A DNA stretch of 64,000 nucleotides from positions 22,506,001 to 22,570,000 of the forward strand of contig OZ116711.1 of assembly GCA_964199315.1 (NCBI GenBank), in the 5' to 3' direction. This stretch comes from Orbicella franksi (taxonomy: Eukaryota). Both the position numbers and the translations under genes were made by a program. The notes under the pieces were generated by a model, which did no database searches, was not told the origin of the DNA, and saw only the letters and a program-made list of their open reading frames with translations. Positions 38,373 to 64,000 of the stretch are shown one piece after another (position 1 is the stretch's first letter; the number at the start of each line of letters is the position of its first letter).

Positions 38373-39242
38373 TTACTCGAAGTATACACCATATACGATA
38401 CCAATAGCAAATATATCTTCTCTCTCAAAGGAATACTGAGCATATGTATCAAACCTTGGATCCCAAACAGAACGGCTCGCCATCGTAACACTCTGACCTC
38501 GCCTCTGGCCAATGGAAACAACACTGATTATTTTATACCTGGAAAATTGCAGAGATTTAACCTGTTCCTTAATCAAGTCTGCCAGGATTTTACTCATGTG
38601 ATGGCAAACATCTTGATCGTAGTTTTCCCCCATCAAGTGCTCCTCGAAGGTTTTTTTAATGATCTCTGTAACTTTCCAATGCTCAAATTTCCTGACTGGC
38701 TCTAGGCGGTAGGTATTATATAACCCTGGTTCTGGGGGACGTTCGTATCCGACGGCAATAGTTGTAGGAGGCCGCGCTACTGTCGTATGCCGTCTTCTTC
38801 GATGTCTGGGGCTTTCATCTCCTTTTCTAGACACTTGAGACGCGTTTTCCAACTCTGAATCTACGAGGGGATCACTAAACCCGCTGGAGAAAGTCGCAAC
38901 TGATCGTCTTCTTCGATTTACTTCCCCCGGCTCTGAACGGTTGCTGTTATGCGACTCTGATTTCTGAACGGACTGTTCAACAGAACCGCGCGAAAACGTT
39001 GGGGTTATTGCTACAGATCGCCGTATTCCATGTTGTTCTTCTTGTCTGGGTGGTTTCATCGTTTCCAGTGGGTTTGTTGGATCGTCGGAGAACGTTACAG
39101 CAAAATCTCCTTTGTCTTGTCTTTTTCTTCGTTCCGTAAAAAGAGTCGACGAGAGTTGCTTAATCTTCAGAGCCGCGCTTCGCGCTGCTACCACAGAGTA
39201 AATTCTTGGAGGCCCCATATCCGTTATTGTATGAAAAGACAT
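38373..39242 (-). CDS. Second intronless Tctex-1-domain protein (TCTEX1D family), 289 aa
   Basis: NTYRLEP...RYKIISVVSIGQRRGQSVTMASRSVWDPRFD...FAIGIVYGVYFE, with a long Ser/Arg-rich N-tail containing RRRS and RRHT. Confidence 0.92.
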   Translation of the reverse strand: MSFHTITDMGPPRIYSVVAARSAALKIKQLSSTLFTERRKRQDKGDFAVTFSDDPTNPLETMKPPRQEEQHGIRRSVAITPTFSRGSVEQSVQKSESHNSNRSEPGEVNRRRRSVATFSSGFSDPLVDSELENASQVSRKGDESPRHRRRRHTTVARPPTTIAVGYERPPEPGLYNTYRLEPVRKFEHWKVTEIIKKTFEEHLMGENYDQDVCHHMSKILADLIKEQVKSLQFSRYKIISVVSIGQRRGQSVTMASRSVWDPRFDTYAQYSFEREDIFAIGIVYGVYFE

Positions 39243-39709
39243 TCTGACAAAAAACCGTATTGCACGAGCTCCCAGTCAACTGGTAGTTTCAATTTCTGGT
39301 ATTCTGTAAATCACTCTCAAACGACCCTTAACACTCACTGGAAAACTTTCTGATGGAATTTTGTTTTGTTGACGGTTTGTTGAGCGTTAATAGACCGTTG
39401 TCAACTCCCTCTGTAAGCTGCTTAATTTTCTTGTTTAATTCATTATTTTGGTCAAGACGACGCATTAACGAGATTTGCGTTTGTTTGTGGATCAACCCCA
39501 GGGTCAAACTTAGGAACCCCAGCAGTTCCTTTGATTGGGCCTATAACGACAGTACTTCAAGCCGAGGTAAATACACTGGATTACTAAACGAGAGCTTCCT
39601 TTTGTCTTTCTAAAAAAAGTGTTGAGGTTGTCAAGTACACGACAACAGGCACTGAATGATGGCTGTACAGGACTACACCTCTAATTAAAACGATCATGTT
39701 TCGTCTCTA

Positions 39710-40353
39710 CAGTCGAACCTATCCACAACGGTCACCTTGTGGACAGAAGAAAGTGGCCGTTGTGGGTAGGGGTGTAACATGACACCGGTTTTCTTTCAGG
39801 GGTGCAACTAGCCTACGTAGCAAGCGTTTCCGTGGGGTTTGGAAGCAAAGAAAGACCGAGGAAAGGGATTTTCGGTGTTTTGTCCCCGCGGAAAATGGTC
39901 GCTCCATTTTTCGCGCTGTAATTCTTTGCTCCCGAACCCCATAGAAACGCTTGCTACGCTGGCTAGGGTGCAACATATCTTTTCTCAAAAAAAAAAACTC
40001 TTATTTTACCAATTAAATACGTCACTCCTGCGTCACACAGACAAACTATATCCATAAAACAGATATAGAGACCAACGACGCGTGCTGGGGATCAAGATTG
40101 GTAACCTCTTACGGTAAACAAATGGGGTTTTGGTATACACTCAGAGTATACACTATTCGTCAGTCATTGATTAACATGTGGCCGTTGTCCAGAGGTTATT
40201 TTAACAGTCGGGACGTGTTTTAGTGGCCGTTCCCGTTGTGGAGAGGTGGCCGTTATAGAGAGGTTACAAAAAGAGTGAATGTATTGACTGTCTTCCGGGA
40301 CCAAAAAAAGTGGCCCGGTTGTAGAACGGTGGCTGTTCTTGGAGGTTCGACTG
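39710..40353. mobile_element. 644-bp pogo/Tigger-type MITE
   Basis: TA|CAGTCGAACCT ... AGGTTCGACTG|TA and internal gtggccgtt repeats. Confidence 0.85.
39809..39965. mobile_element. 157-bp TAGCC-ended hairpin MITE nested in the previous element
   Basis: TIR tagcctacgtagcaagcgtttc / gaaacgcttgctacgctggcta, flanked by the 9-bp direct repeat GGGTGCAAC (39800-39808 and 39966-39974). Confidence 0.85.
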
Positions 40354-41020
40354 TATTAACAGAATTTCATTTTATTTCAGTTTAGTTTTTTTTCAAGCTC
40401 TTATTCCTTCATTTAAAAGGTCATTTGCAATTTCTTGGCCTGACTAGATGTTCGCATTAAAAAGCCCCTTTGTTAGTGAAATACATTTGATAATAAATCC
40501 TCTAAATCGGAAAAAGAGATGCCTTACAACAGTTTTGTTTCCATACCTCTCACCCGCGGCCCTAATCATGCCGTTGGGAATCTGGGGAGACGACAGTCAT
40601 GATGTCATTGGATTAGCACATTTACAGAAAGACTGGTCTCTTGAGAAGATGGTAATTGTTCCATTACGGCCGTCTTAACTCGTTCATTTATGACCTTATT
40701 TTTCCTTAAAATTGGCTATCCAATACATACACTCGGCGCGCGGAATAAAGATAATGACTTGTAACTATTGAGTTTGTCCAATCTTGTTTTACCTGTTAGA
40801 TGCTAGTGTCTGTGCTTAGCAACGACGAGTGAAGATCTGTGAAAATGAAATTGGATTATAGTTGGGCAATGAAGAAGAAAAGATCTGCAGATATAGCCTC
40901 CATGAAAACTAAGGAATACAATATTTAGGTGTTCTCATGAGAAAATGTCCCCTCATGAATTTTCTCTTGGTGGTCTTTATTCTTAGATTTTAGAATTCCA
41001 GAGTACATCCTTTAAAATCC

Positions 41021-41315
41021 GTCTAGTCTGTACACGAGCCAAGTGCCCCACTAGGCTGGAGCTTATCCCAGTTTCTGCAGCATGCAAAGCGACTAGAAGT
41101 ACTTCTACTCGCCCCTGGATGGGATGCTAGTCCATGGCAGGGTTACCCCCCAGCATTAAATTCGCCGGTACTCATTTATACACCAGGGTGGAAAGAGGCA
41201 CTGTGAGAGTAAAGTATCTTGCCCATGAACAGAACACAATGCCAGCCAGCCAGCTCGAGTCCGGACCGCTCGATCCGGAAGTGAGCACCCTTACCAGGAG
41301 GCCACCGCAACTCCG
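41021..41315 (-). mobile_element. tRNA-derived SINE with Deu/Nin-like central domain
   Basis: The minus strand reads ggtggcctcctggt (A-box-like), a degenerate B-box, then gggcaagatactttactctcacagtgcctctttccaccctggtgtataaatgagtaccggcga. Confidence 0.7.
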
Positions 41316-42257
41316 TAAAACCCGACTAATCCCATACCAAATGCTCGCTTCTACAAAGTCCAAGTACTGACAATGTATTCATACCACACACATATGCAAA
41401 ACACTTTTCATAATATTAACCGTAGCGTGACGCATGAACTCGACGCAAACAGAGCCTAACAAAGTCAACAGTGTTTATTAAAATCTCTGCTAATAATGCG
41501 CTTCGCGGATAGGATAAAAACAGATTAATTAAAACGTACACACGATAGTAGATCTTTTATCCCTTTTAGTAGTTTCGGTGTTATTTTATTGCCAGCTGGG
41601 AATTAATAAAGACCACAGAAGTTATACTAATCACATTTCAACACAGTAAATCTAAGAACGTTTTAAGGATCTTTATGACAGGAAGAGCACTTGTGTGTTT
41701 ATAACTATGACAGGTCTATTTTCGCGAAAAACACGGTCGTCAAGGACTTTTTAAATTATAATATTTGTTCCATAAACGAAAACGTCTTGAAAGCACTTAG
41801 TTGCTCATGCCAGTAAATGTAACTTGCTTCTGCTATTATATAATGAGAAGTCCTTGAAAACTAAATTTCATGTTTCTCACTAAACACTTTCGTGACTCCA
41901 GATTTAAATTAAAGTGCATGAGAAGTTGGCTTTGTGATCATCTGAGACGATTCAAATATTAATCTAAATATTGGGTTTTGTGAGAAACTCCTAGTTGTTC
42001 ATTGTGCCGAACAGTACAAAACTAATCTTTTCACAACATGTATAATTTTAACGTTTGTGTTTTTCTTGTTAAGTATTGAAAACTGTGTGAACCAAGTTGT
42101 TGATCAAAATGGAGGTTCTCTTTAATGGGACCTGTGTTATAGTTACGAAAGAAGTTAGGATTTACTGAGAGCCGTCGATCAAAGGTTCTTGTGTTCTTGT
42201 TTTTAGATGTCTTGAAATAAGGCTGTAAAACTTTAACTAAGTGGAAAGCAAAGCACT

Positions 42258-43493
42258 ATGAGTAGAGATCACAGGAAGATTTCAAGGTCCTTCGAAGAAC
42301 GTAATATCCTCGCTTCCACATCGCGAGTCTCGCAAATATCCCAGGTTGACAATGAACTAAAGCAGAAGTTACAAGCTATTAACACTTCGCACAAGTTGTC
42401 AAACAAACGAATCAAGAATGAAACTCGCGAGCTTAAGGAAATTTTACACGGTTTGCAAAGGGAGTTAAAAGTATCGAAAGGAAACTACGGTCAATATGTT
42501 CCATCTTTGATCGAGCAGCCTCAAAGGAACCCCCGGAGATCAACAGTGAGTTCTGTTCCATCTGAAGACAGGAAAGAAGTCGTTTTAGAGCGAGATTTAC
42601 ATGCACGCGGCGGAGAAAGAAATTCAGGTGAAGATGCTATTCCAAGGAGACGAAGTGGAAGTTATCCGCCATCTTTTCACCTGCATGATGCAAAAAAACC
42701 CAAAGACGTTTTAGATGACGAGCCCGCAGGCAAAGAGCTTGAAAAAGCAGGAGGCAAAGTTAAAGATGTTGCCGAGCAAACAAAGAGTTCACAACAGATT
42801 GGTGATTGGCAAAGTGAGCTTAACGCGCGCACACAAAACAGAACGGAGTTTCCTGAGATTGAACAAGATAAATATCCTCACAGGCGCATTACGCGAGCTG
42901 AAAATGAACAAAAACGTTTTGAGGAACGTTTTCCTAAAGAACCTCGGGATCAAGGCGAAAGAAAAAGGTCGACGAGTGATGCATTTCGTGGTAGATTTGT
43001 AATAAACTCTGACAGCTGTTACACTGATGTGAGCACAACGCGTAGAACTTCTAAAACTCAACAGAAAGGTGATAGTGGTAGAGGACGGCTAAGGACGAGC
43101 GTTGTCGAGGAGTTTTCGTTGGTTCCGAGCCCGAACGAACCGCGGAAGACGAGTCTTAGTACACCTCAGTATTCGTGGCAGAGGAAAGGCAGCATTGGAG
43201 ATCGGAGAGGCAGCCCGATGGCTGGTTCACCCGGCCGGTACGATCTGCACGATGCTGAAGTGGTCTTCGATGCTCTGCCGGATTACCTCGGGGGTCGAAG
43301 ATTAAGTGTTGCCCATGGCAGGACTCGGAGAATCTCCCGGGGCACCGGCCTTCCACCCTTGAGGGAGGGAGAAGTCACTCAGAAGTCGCAACAAGAAAAG
43401 TCTGGAGAAAATTGGAGCGATTTGTCCAAATGCAGATACTTAAGAAAGGAGGAGCAGGAAATTAGCATAGATGATATATTTAGCAAGGAATAG
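42258..43493 (+). CDS. Intronless 411-aa Ser/Arg-rich protein with N-terminal coiled coil; CCDC190-like
   Basis: Long ATG-initiated ORF. N-terminal heptads ELKQKLQAI...ETRELKEILHGLQ and C-terminal LSKCRYLR...ISIDDIF recall the two conserved blocks of CCDC190 (from memory, not a search). Many RRxS/T motifs. Confidence 0.75.
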   Translation: MSRDHRKISRSFEERNILASTSRVSQISQVDNELKQKLQAINTSHKLSNKRIKNETRELKEILHGLQRELKVSKGNYGQYVPSLIEQPQRNPRRSTVSSVPSEDRKEVVLERDLHARGGERNSGEDAIPRRRSGSYPPSFHLHDAKKPKDVLDDEPAGKELEKAGGKVKDVAEQTKSSQQIGDWQSELNARTQNRTEFPEIEQDKYPHRRITRAENEQKRFEERFPKEPRDQGERKRSTSDAFRGRFVINSDSCYTDVSTTRRTSKTQQKGDSGRGRLRTSVVEEFSLVPSPNEPRKTSLSTPQYSWQRKGSIGDRRGSPMAGSPGRYDLHDAEVVFDALPDYLGGRRLSVAHGRTRRISRGTGLPPLREGEVTQKSQQEKSGENWSDLSKCRYLRKEEQEISIDDIFSKE

Positions 43494-45586
43494 AAGAAAA
43501 AAAAAAAAAACGTCAAGCTTAAAGAGCCGCCTTTGGAACGACCTCAAGATACCAGTAATGGGAAGTTTATATTTATCACACAAAAAAACAACAATAACTA
43601 ATATAACTACAAAAATGCATATTGAAGTTCACAAGAAAATGTGCAAAATAGCATGTATAATAGCGTCGTGTTTGAATAATCTGCCAGATCCTGTCACAAA
43701 TCAACGTTCGTATCATGCCCTGATGTCAAAATAAACTTGGCGTATTTGAACAATTAACACAAGGACTAAAATATCTTCATACAGGTAATAAAGCTGACAA
43801 TCAATTGAGTTTACATAGACAGAATAAAGCACTTTATCCAAATGGGTAAAGACAGTAACACTAACAATCTTAAATTGGTTTCTATAGCGACTACATGGCA
43901 CGTATATGTCTTGTAAATGCTATTTACCTCTTTTCAGGGGCGATTGAAACTGTTTTGACATTCTGTGGGAACACGGAAAGAGTAGGCAAATTTCTGGAAG
44001 AATTTTCCTTCTTGAGATTAATTGTACTCCATCCACTAAAACAAATGTTTTTAATTTCGTAACCCTGTTGATCCTCTATCATTGACAGATGCTCTTAATA
44101 GAAAAACTATAAGCATATAGCCTAGTTCTTAGGTCTCAGTATTTCGCCGCGGTCAATCGTTTTTGGGTCACGTGGTCCGGGGCGAGAAATTAACCAAAAT
44201 CAATTGACTTTGAAGGCCTGGGAGGAACGCCGCCCAGGAACAAGGTAAATAAACATATACGAGGCATGTATAGTTACCATCGGCTTGGGTTAGGTAAACG
44301 AGGAAACGAAAGACATTTTTCTTATTTCAGTTTGCGTTCACTTGTTTCACTGCCAAAAAAAGGAATAAATACCTCCCTTGCCAGGAAAATTACTTACAGG
44401 CTTAAAAGACTATTTAGTACATCTGGAGCCACGATAAAAAACGTTAAGTTAGTTAGTGGGTCAATTTCCTTTTTCAAAACGAATTCATCCACTGCTCCTC
44501 TACAACGTTTCTTGCCACGCTCCCAAACTACCAGTATTACCATCTATCTATTGAAACTATAAAATATTATCCTTTATCGTCTTACAAATCGTTCTGACCA
44601 ATCACAAAGGACTCAACCAATCCATTTAACCAATGAAAACTCCAAACAAATGAAGCCGACGTCAAGCGCGGTAAAATGTTGGAGCCAATCACGATCGCTT
44701 ATGGTTTTAGCTGACAAAGTGGCGCGAGTCTTTTAGGAAAACAAATTCGGCACTAAAAGAGAAAACCGCTCTGTCGTGTGATATACTGCAAGTGATACGG
44801 GGGTCATTCCGACGAAGTAAGTCACCAAACTGTAACCGTTTGGCAGTGTCTTCTTTGTACGGGCTAGGCGGCTCATCGTTTCAATTCGGTCAACGCGGAA
44901 ACCAAACCTGCACTTCCGGTTTTCTTTGCCTCGAAGTCCGCTGCGAAAATGCGCAAAACTTGTTGTAAGAAAACACTATGAAAAGCTAAACCCAATGACA
45001 AGATTACAAGATTATAACCCTTGCGGATGACACTTGTTAAAATTTCTATCCATATTCGACGCACAATGCTCAACTTTTCAGTCACTTTTGTACCTTTTGG
45101 CTTGAAAGTGGACGATTTCACAAAATCGAGACGTTTTTAATCAACTATTTTCGTGGAAACTGTGGTGGTGAAGCTGATTACAATTGCCATATCTCTGAGC
45201 GTTATTAAATGAGACAACTTCAATAAGACACTATTTATCGTTGTTTCCATTTACATCAAGAAGGAGCAATATCAGTTTATAAACTAGTTTATTACGTTTC
45301 ATTCAAGCAGTGTCTGGAATCAATCCAAATTTTTAAGTCATATTCTTAATACAGTATCTAGCCTGTTCCAGACTCCCAGATAGTGGAGGAAACGCGCGGA
45401 GGGAGACATCCGTCCGTTTTTCCGCAAGCTGGGAGCCAGAAATTTTAACACGCGAGAGAAAACCAGCTTCTCTCACTTGGGTTGCTACACTTGTTTCGGA
45501 GATTCGGAAATTTACGCACACGCGGATATCAAACTACTCACGATCGCACGCCAAAACACGCACGCACGCACGCACACTAAAACAGG

Positions 45587-46114
45587 TAGGGCTTGCCATA
45601 AGTTGCTCGGCAACTTTTTGGCAACTTTTCGTATTTCGAGCAACTTTTTGTTTCGCGCAACTTTTTGCATTCTGAGCAATTTCTAGTTTTCTAGATATCG
45701 AAGCAGCTTTTAGTGCTGTAATTGGCCATATATACTTCCATATTTAACAATGTTTCAGTAGACAACTTGTGAATTTCTTTAATTTCTTTAAATTTTTAAA
45801 ATTTTTTTTAAAATTTTTGTTAAAAAAAATTTTTTAAAAAATTTTAAAAATTTTGATATTGATGCGTAGTATTTACTCATACGTATTGTGAACGAATTTA
45901 TCTAGCGACGCTGGTTACAACGCAAAATTGCACAAAAATACTTACAAATGTTACTTTTGTTGCACAGATTGCATATTTCTGCATCAGGTGTGAGACCAAA
46001 TAAAAGAAGAGAGAAACAAAAAAAGTTTTGGCTTTTTTAGCAACTTTTGAGCAACTTTTTGAGAAATTTCGGGCAACTTTTTGGGAAATCTAGAGCAACT
46101 TGTGGCAAGCCCTA
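45587..46114. mobile_element. hAT-type MITE, 528 bp
   Basis: TIR tagggcttgcca.aagttgctc, a perfect 8-bp TSD AAAACAGG (45579-45586, 46115-46122), internal gcaacttt repeats and an A/T-only tract. Confidence 0.9.
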
Positions 46115-46934
46115 AAAACAGGCACATCTGGAAACATTAAGATCACTCCATCCTCAATTATATCCGATTTCAAAATTAAATTATTAAATTACCAAAGAAT
46201 ATCTCTCTACGTTATAAAATATCACTTTACTTAAGACTCTATTCCAATACACTGTGCTAAGGCATCTACTCTACAATTCTATTCTTTAATCTGCATCAAA
46301 TATGCGTTTGCGTTACTCGCACAAGAACTTTTTTTGACTTTCAGTCGGGTAATTTTTCGGTTACTGAATACAAAGGTAAATTTTTAAGGTGACCACTAGG
46401 TAACTCCTTACTAGGCGATCAATCGTTTGAATCCCAAGCTACAAATGTTAATTCTCCTAAATGACTTCCATACAGTTCTCTCAATGTCAGTTCAAAGAAT
46501 TTGGTGGTAATCAAAATAGCACAGCTAGTTGATGAATTCCCCTGTTCTCATCACTTGTCTGCTAACCAATGTACAGATACTGTACGGAAAAAATGTATTT
46601 TAATCACTTGGGAACAACAGGTTGACCACGTTAGCTCTACCTCTGCAAACGTACACAGCAATTCTCTACTTTCTAAAATCGAGCTTGTTGATCAGACTTA
46701 TAAATTAGTGTTTCATGACATTATCTTCTTTATATTTACATATGTACATTAATTTACAGATATTTACAAGACACATACGACCTCCATCCTTGCCACTTCC
46801 TTGGGAACTCTCTTCAAATTCTTGTTTAGTTACTAAGGATCGTTGATCTCAGATCTATCGAATAGCAGGATCAGCGATCGTTAATAATTAAAAAGAGAGC
46901 ATTTCAGCATCGATAAAATCACGACCGTCAGTCG

Positions 46935-60696
<13,762 letters not shown>

Positions 60697-63600
60697 CTTG
60701 AAAAAGAAAACATACAAACATTAACTTTATACACTGTAAGTTGAAACAGACAATAAACATAATAATATTATGTAGTATTTAACAGCAAGCTTGGTACCTG
60801 TTACACTGTATGTGTATATGCTTACAAATTTTGTAAATGAAAGCAAACAAACAAGCAAACAAAACATAAAAAGCACTGAACACCTACAAGAAACCAAATC
60901 AAACTGTAGCACAACAGTGTGGGAAATGAAATCAGAGCTTTCTGTTATGACAGAATCTTGACTGTATTTTCACCTTGTATACTACTGGTTAAAATCTTGC
61001 TTTTGACCACTCTAAATGGCACAAATGGGCTGAAATTATTAAATATACCTTAAATCCAGTTGAACTCACAAGACCCACAAAAAACATTTTCAACTTAAAA
61101 CTACATCATTAATACAATAGTCCTAGCTTCTCCTATTTTGTACATGAAGTACAATATATGATGACACAGACACTTCCGTTTCATCAACATACATGTACTG
61201 TAGATAAATAACTTTACAATTTGGAATCATGCAAAACATGCTGAGCCTTGAAAAGATGGCAATTCGGAATAAGACTTTTTAAAATCTGCATTGAATTCCT
61301 CATCAATTTTAGCCTGTGAATTACCTATTGAGGGGACTTGAAAACATCTCTGACTTTAAATAAATCAACCACTAATAAATATTGCATTACACTGGAATTG
61401 CCTCTTAAAAGAATCACTAAATCCACTAACAGCCTCTAATGAATAATACCAAAATTAAATCTTATCTGACTAGAAAATTTTAAAGTGAATCACAATTTAA
61501 AACGAGCAAAAATTGAAACATGAAGAAAAGTGAAAAGCAGCAAGCTTCATTTGACTGATACTGTGCTTAAAGAAGGCCAGTGACGCTGATCTACTTTATT
61601 ATTTTTAAATCAAATTACAACTCAGTTAATCCTACAAATTTACTGCATATAATTATTAAATTAAGCCTTAAGTTATGATTATGTAGTCCACTTGCAATCT
61701 GAAGAGTCTAACCGAAAATAAGTTCAGTAGAGATAACAACCTTTCCGAGAACCCTACAAGGATAAAAAAGTGTTTTAAGGCCTTTGAACAGATCAGGCTG
61801 CCAAATTTAAAGGTGAGTGCACTTAGTGTAGAATCATGAGATAAAATGTACACAAAGAAAATTGTAGGAAGAAAGGAGACATACAACTGTACATGTAGAC
61901 ACAAAGTCTGGTATGTGGACAGTTTCATTGTTGTCTTATCAAAGGAAATTCATAATGATAATTAAAAATAAGACCAACTAAACTATTTTCAGGTTGAATA
62001 GTTCTTTAGACACAAGCAGTAAAATACAGATCTATACACTTAAGAGTTGTATCAAAAGAAAATGCAAAGATACTGACTCTTGATAGTAATTGAGGGGAAA
62101 AAATGGAAACCAATTTAGCTGCTTTTCAACCTAAATTTCATGATTTACCATGCAAGTGCCAGGCAAGACTATATGCACATGTAAAATAAATATAATTACA
62201 TGTTGTGATGCAATAATGCCCTTTGCACAATTTTTAGTATTTTTCTTTGTTTCATTTACATAATTTTAATATATTACCATATAGCAAAACAAAAGAAAAA
62301 TACCAAATTCTACCAAGGGTGAAATTGAACCACAACATACACAAATATTTATATTTTTCCTATGGAATACTTTGTAAAAACTTGCTCAGAGCTACATGAA
62401 AGCATTTCAGTCACAGTAAATAAAAACAAAGTTATAATCAGCATTACATCAAACACATAATCATTATACAATAAAGAATATTTCCTACGACCCGAGACAC
62501 ATGTAAAAGTCTCTTCAGGAACTTAACTTGAATATTGTACTTCAGTTTCATTTTCAAGTTTGTCACTCAATAAATGACTTATAAAAGAAGATTTCCGGCC
62601 TGTATTCCAGAAAGAATAGAAATAAAAGAGCAGCTGAAAAGACATTTTGGCATGATCACAAATTTTAGTGAACTTGTACAATAGTTTGAAGCATGTAGCT
62701 CTTCATAGACACTGAACAAAGCATTAGCTGCACATGCATGTAATATAAAATTTCATGCTGGAAAGAATAGAGTTCTGACAATAACAAGAAGTAAAGCTTC
62801 CAATGTACAGAGTACGTGCAGGACAGCTTGTTTAGATAACAATGAATTAAATTACTGAATAACTCAATGGCAAGACCAGTAGGATGTCTGTCATAGTTTA
62901 AAGTATATAATTATTGTCTAAAAAAATTGACAAGCTTTGGTGAGAGCTACTGGATGAATGGACAACTGAAGAAAAATAATTGTCAGGTTTTCAATGCATC
63001 TGTTTTCAGTCCTTTCATTCCAAAATGCTGAGAGAAAATTAAATAAATATATCTCAGTTTATGAATTGTAAGTTATACTTTAGAACCTGTGGAACCAACC
63101 TTCTGACAATGTCCTCCCTCATGTTGAAATTAAATTTTGACAAAATACACTGTAAGGCATCAATGACAAGTAGATATGGTGTACATTGCAAACAACACAA
63201 AGGTACCAAAAGGTGGCTTTTTCAAGAAAGCATTACCTAAAGGGATATATTGAAAATCTCTCCACAAAATATTCCTTTTAGCAGCTTGTTATTATCTGAC
63301 AGACGGCTGTTTCATTTCAATAACAATTAACATATGACACTAAAGCTGTCCAGAGATAAAAGGTTCATTATATGGGAGAATAAAATTATCTCATTTGAAA
63401 AGCTCTGAATGACGCAAAGTGCAAGTTTGCAAAACACCTTGAGATGCAAATTGGAAACAATTGATATTGCCATATTGAAAAGGAATACATAAACCTGAAA
63501 GATAATGAGTTTGCTACATATATATATAGATATATATATAATTTCAAAATGTTATTAAATAAGCCAAGAAACTTAAAAGTGAAATATATAGGAAACAGAT

Positions 63601-64000
63601 GAGGCAATTCCTCAAAAAAGTATTTTAGAGTACTTTTAACTTTGATTTTTGTCACATTTTCTAATTGAAAAGTATTTGAGACAAATTTGCAGTCTATAAT
63701 TATGTCTATTCACATGTATCTTTAGTTATATTTTTTTGTTTTGGAGATTTGAAAATATCCTGGTTTGAATAGTATTATATATCATTGTTATTTGCCTTTG
63801 CTTCAATGTATGAAATTGAATAGGAAACAAAATAAAGGAAAATACAAATAAAACTGGTGTGAAGAATTTTGAACCAAAAACACGAAACACTATAATATGT
63901 CATATATATAACTATTTATAACAGGAGGGAAATTTGTTATCACACACATCATTTCCTCATAGCAGGAAGCTTTTAGAAGATACATGTATTCAATTATAAC

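Noticed and set aside
60700-64000. Additional upstream MAST exons
   Set aside because: Very AT-rich, with no exon that has both good splice sites and MAST-like translation; treated as intron.

Overview
AT-rich eukaryotic genomic DNA with GT-AG introns, SINEs and many MITEs. It is most likely a cnidarian (stony coral-like); this is inferred from the gene and repeat content, not from a search. There are no prokaryotic features and no CRISPR array. Genes, left to right: (1) a signal peptide + PAN/apple exon on the minus strand that runs off the left edge; (2) an 11-exon gene for a ~345-aa protein with two PDZ domains resembling MPDZ/MUPP1 PDZ10-PDZ11; (3) an intronless melatonin-receptor-like (NRY) class A GPCR; (4) a TPR-CHAT protein with 15 x 40-aa TPR units and an intact caspase-like His/Cys dyad; (5, 6) two convergent intronless Tctex-1-domain dynein light-chain genes with RRxS-rich tails; (7) an intronless CCDC190-like RRxS-rich ORF; (8) a MAST kinase on the minus strand, with 26 exons reconstructed by hand in continuous frame (~1410 aa visible, 5' end not found). 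Best leads: the apparently catalytically intact TPR-CHAT sensor-protease; a MAST kinase whose 27-bp coding minisatellite creates a C-terminal class I PDZ ligand (DTKL) suited to its own PDZ domain; a stand-alone MUPP1 PDZ10-11 module next to a melatonin-receptor-like GPCR; a three-gene cluster rich in PKA sites; a 2.1-kb TIR element with ATTT target duplication and palindromic arrays; and a Penelope-like remnant with a hammerhead-like core. All exon coordinates and family assignments were made by eye and need confirmation by alignment and RNA-seq.
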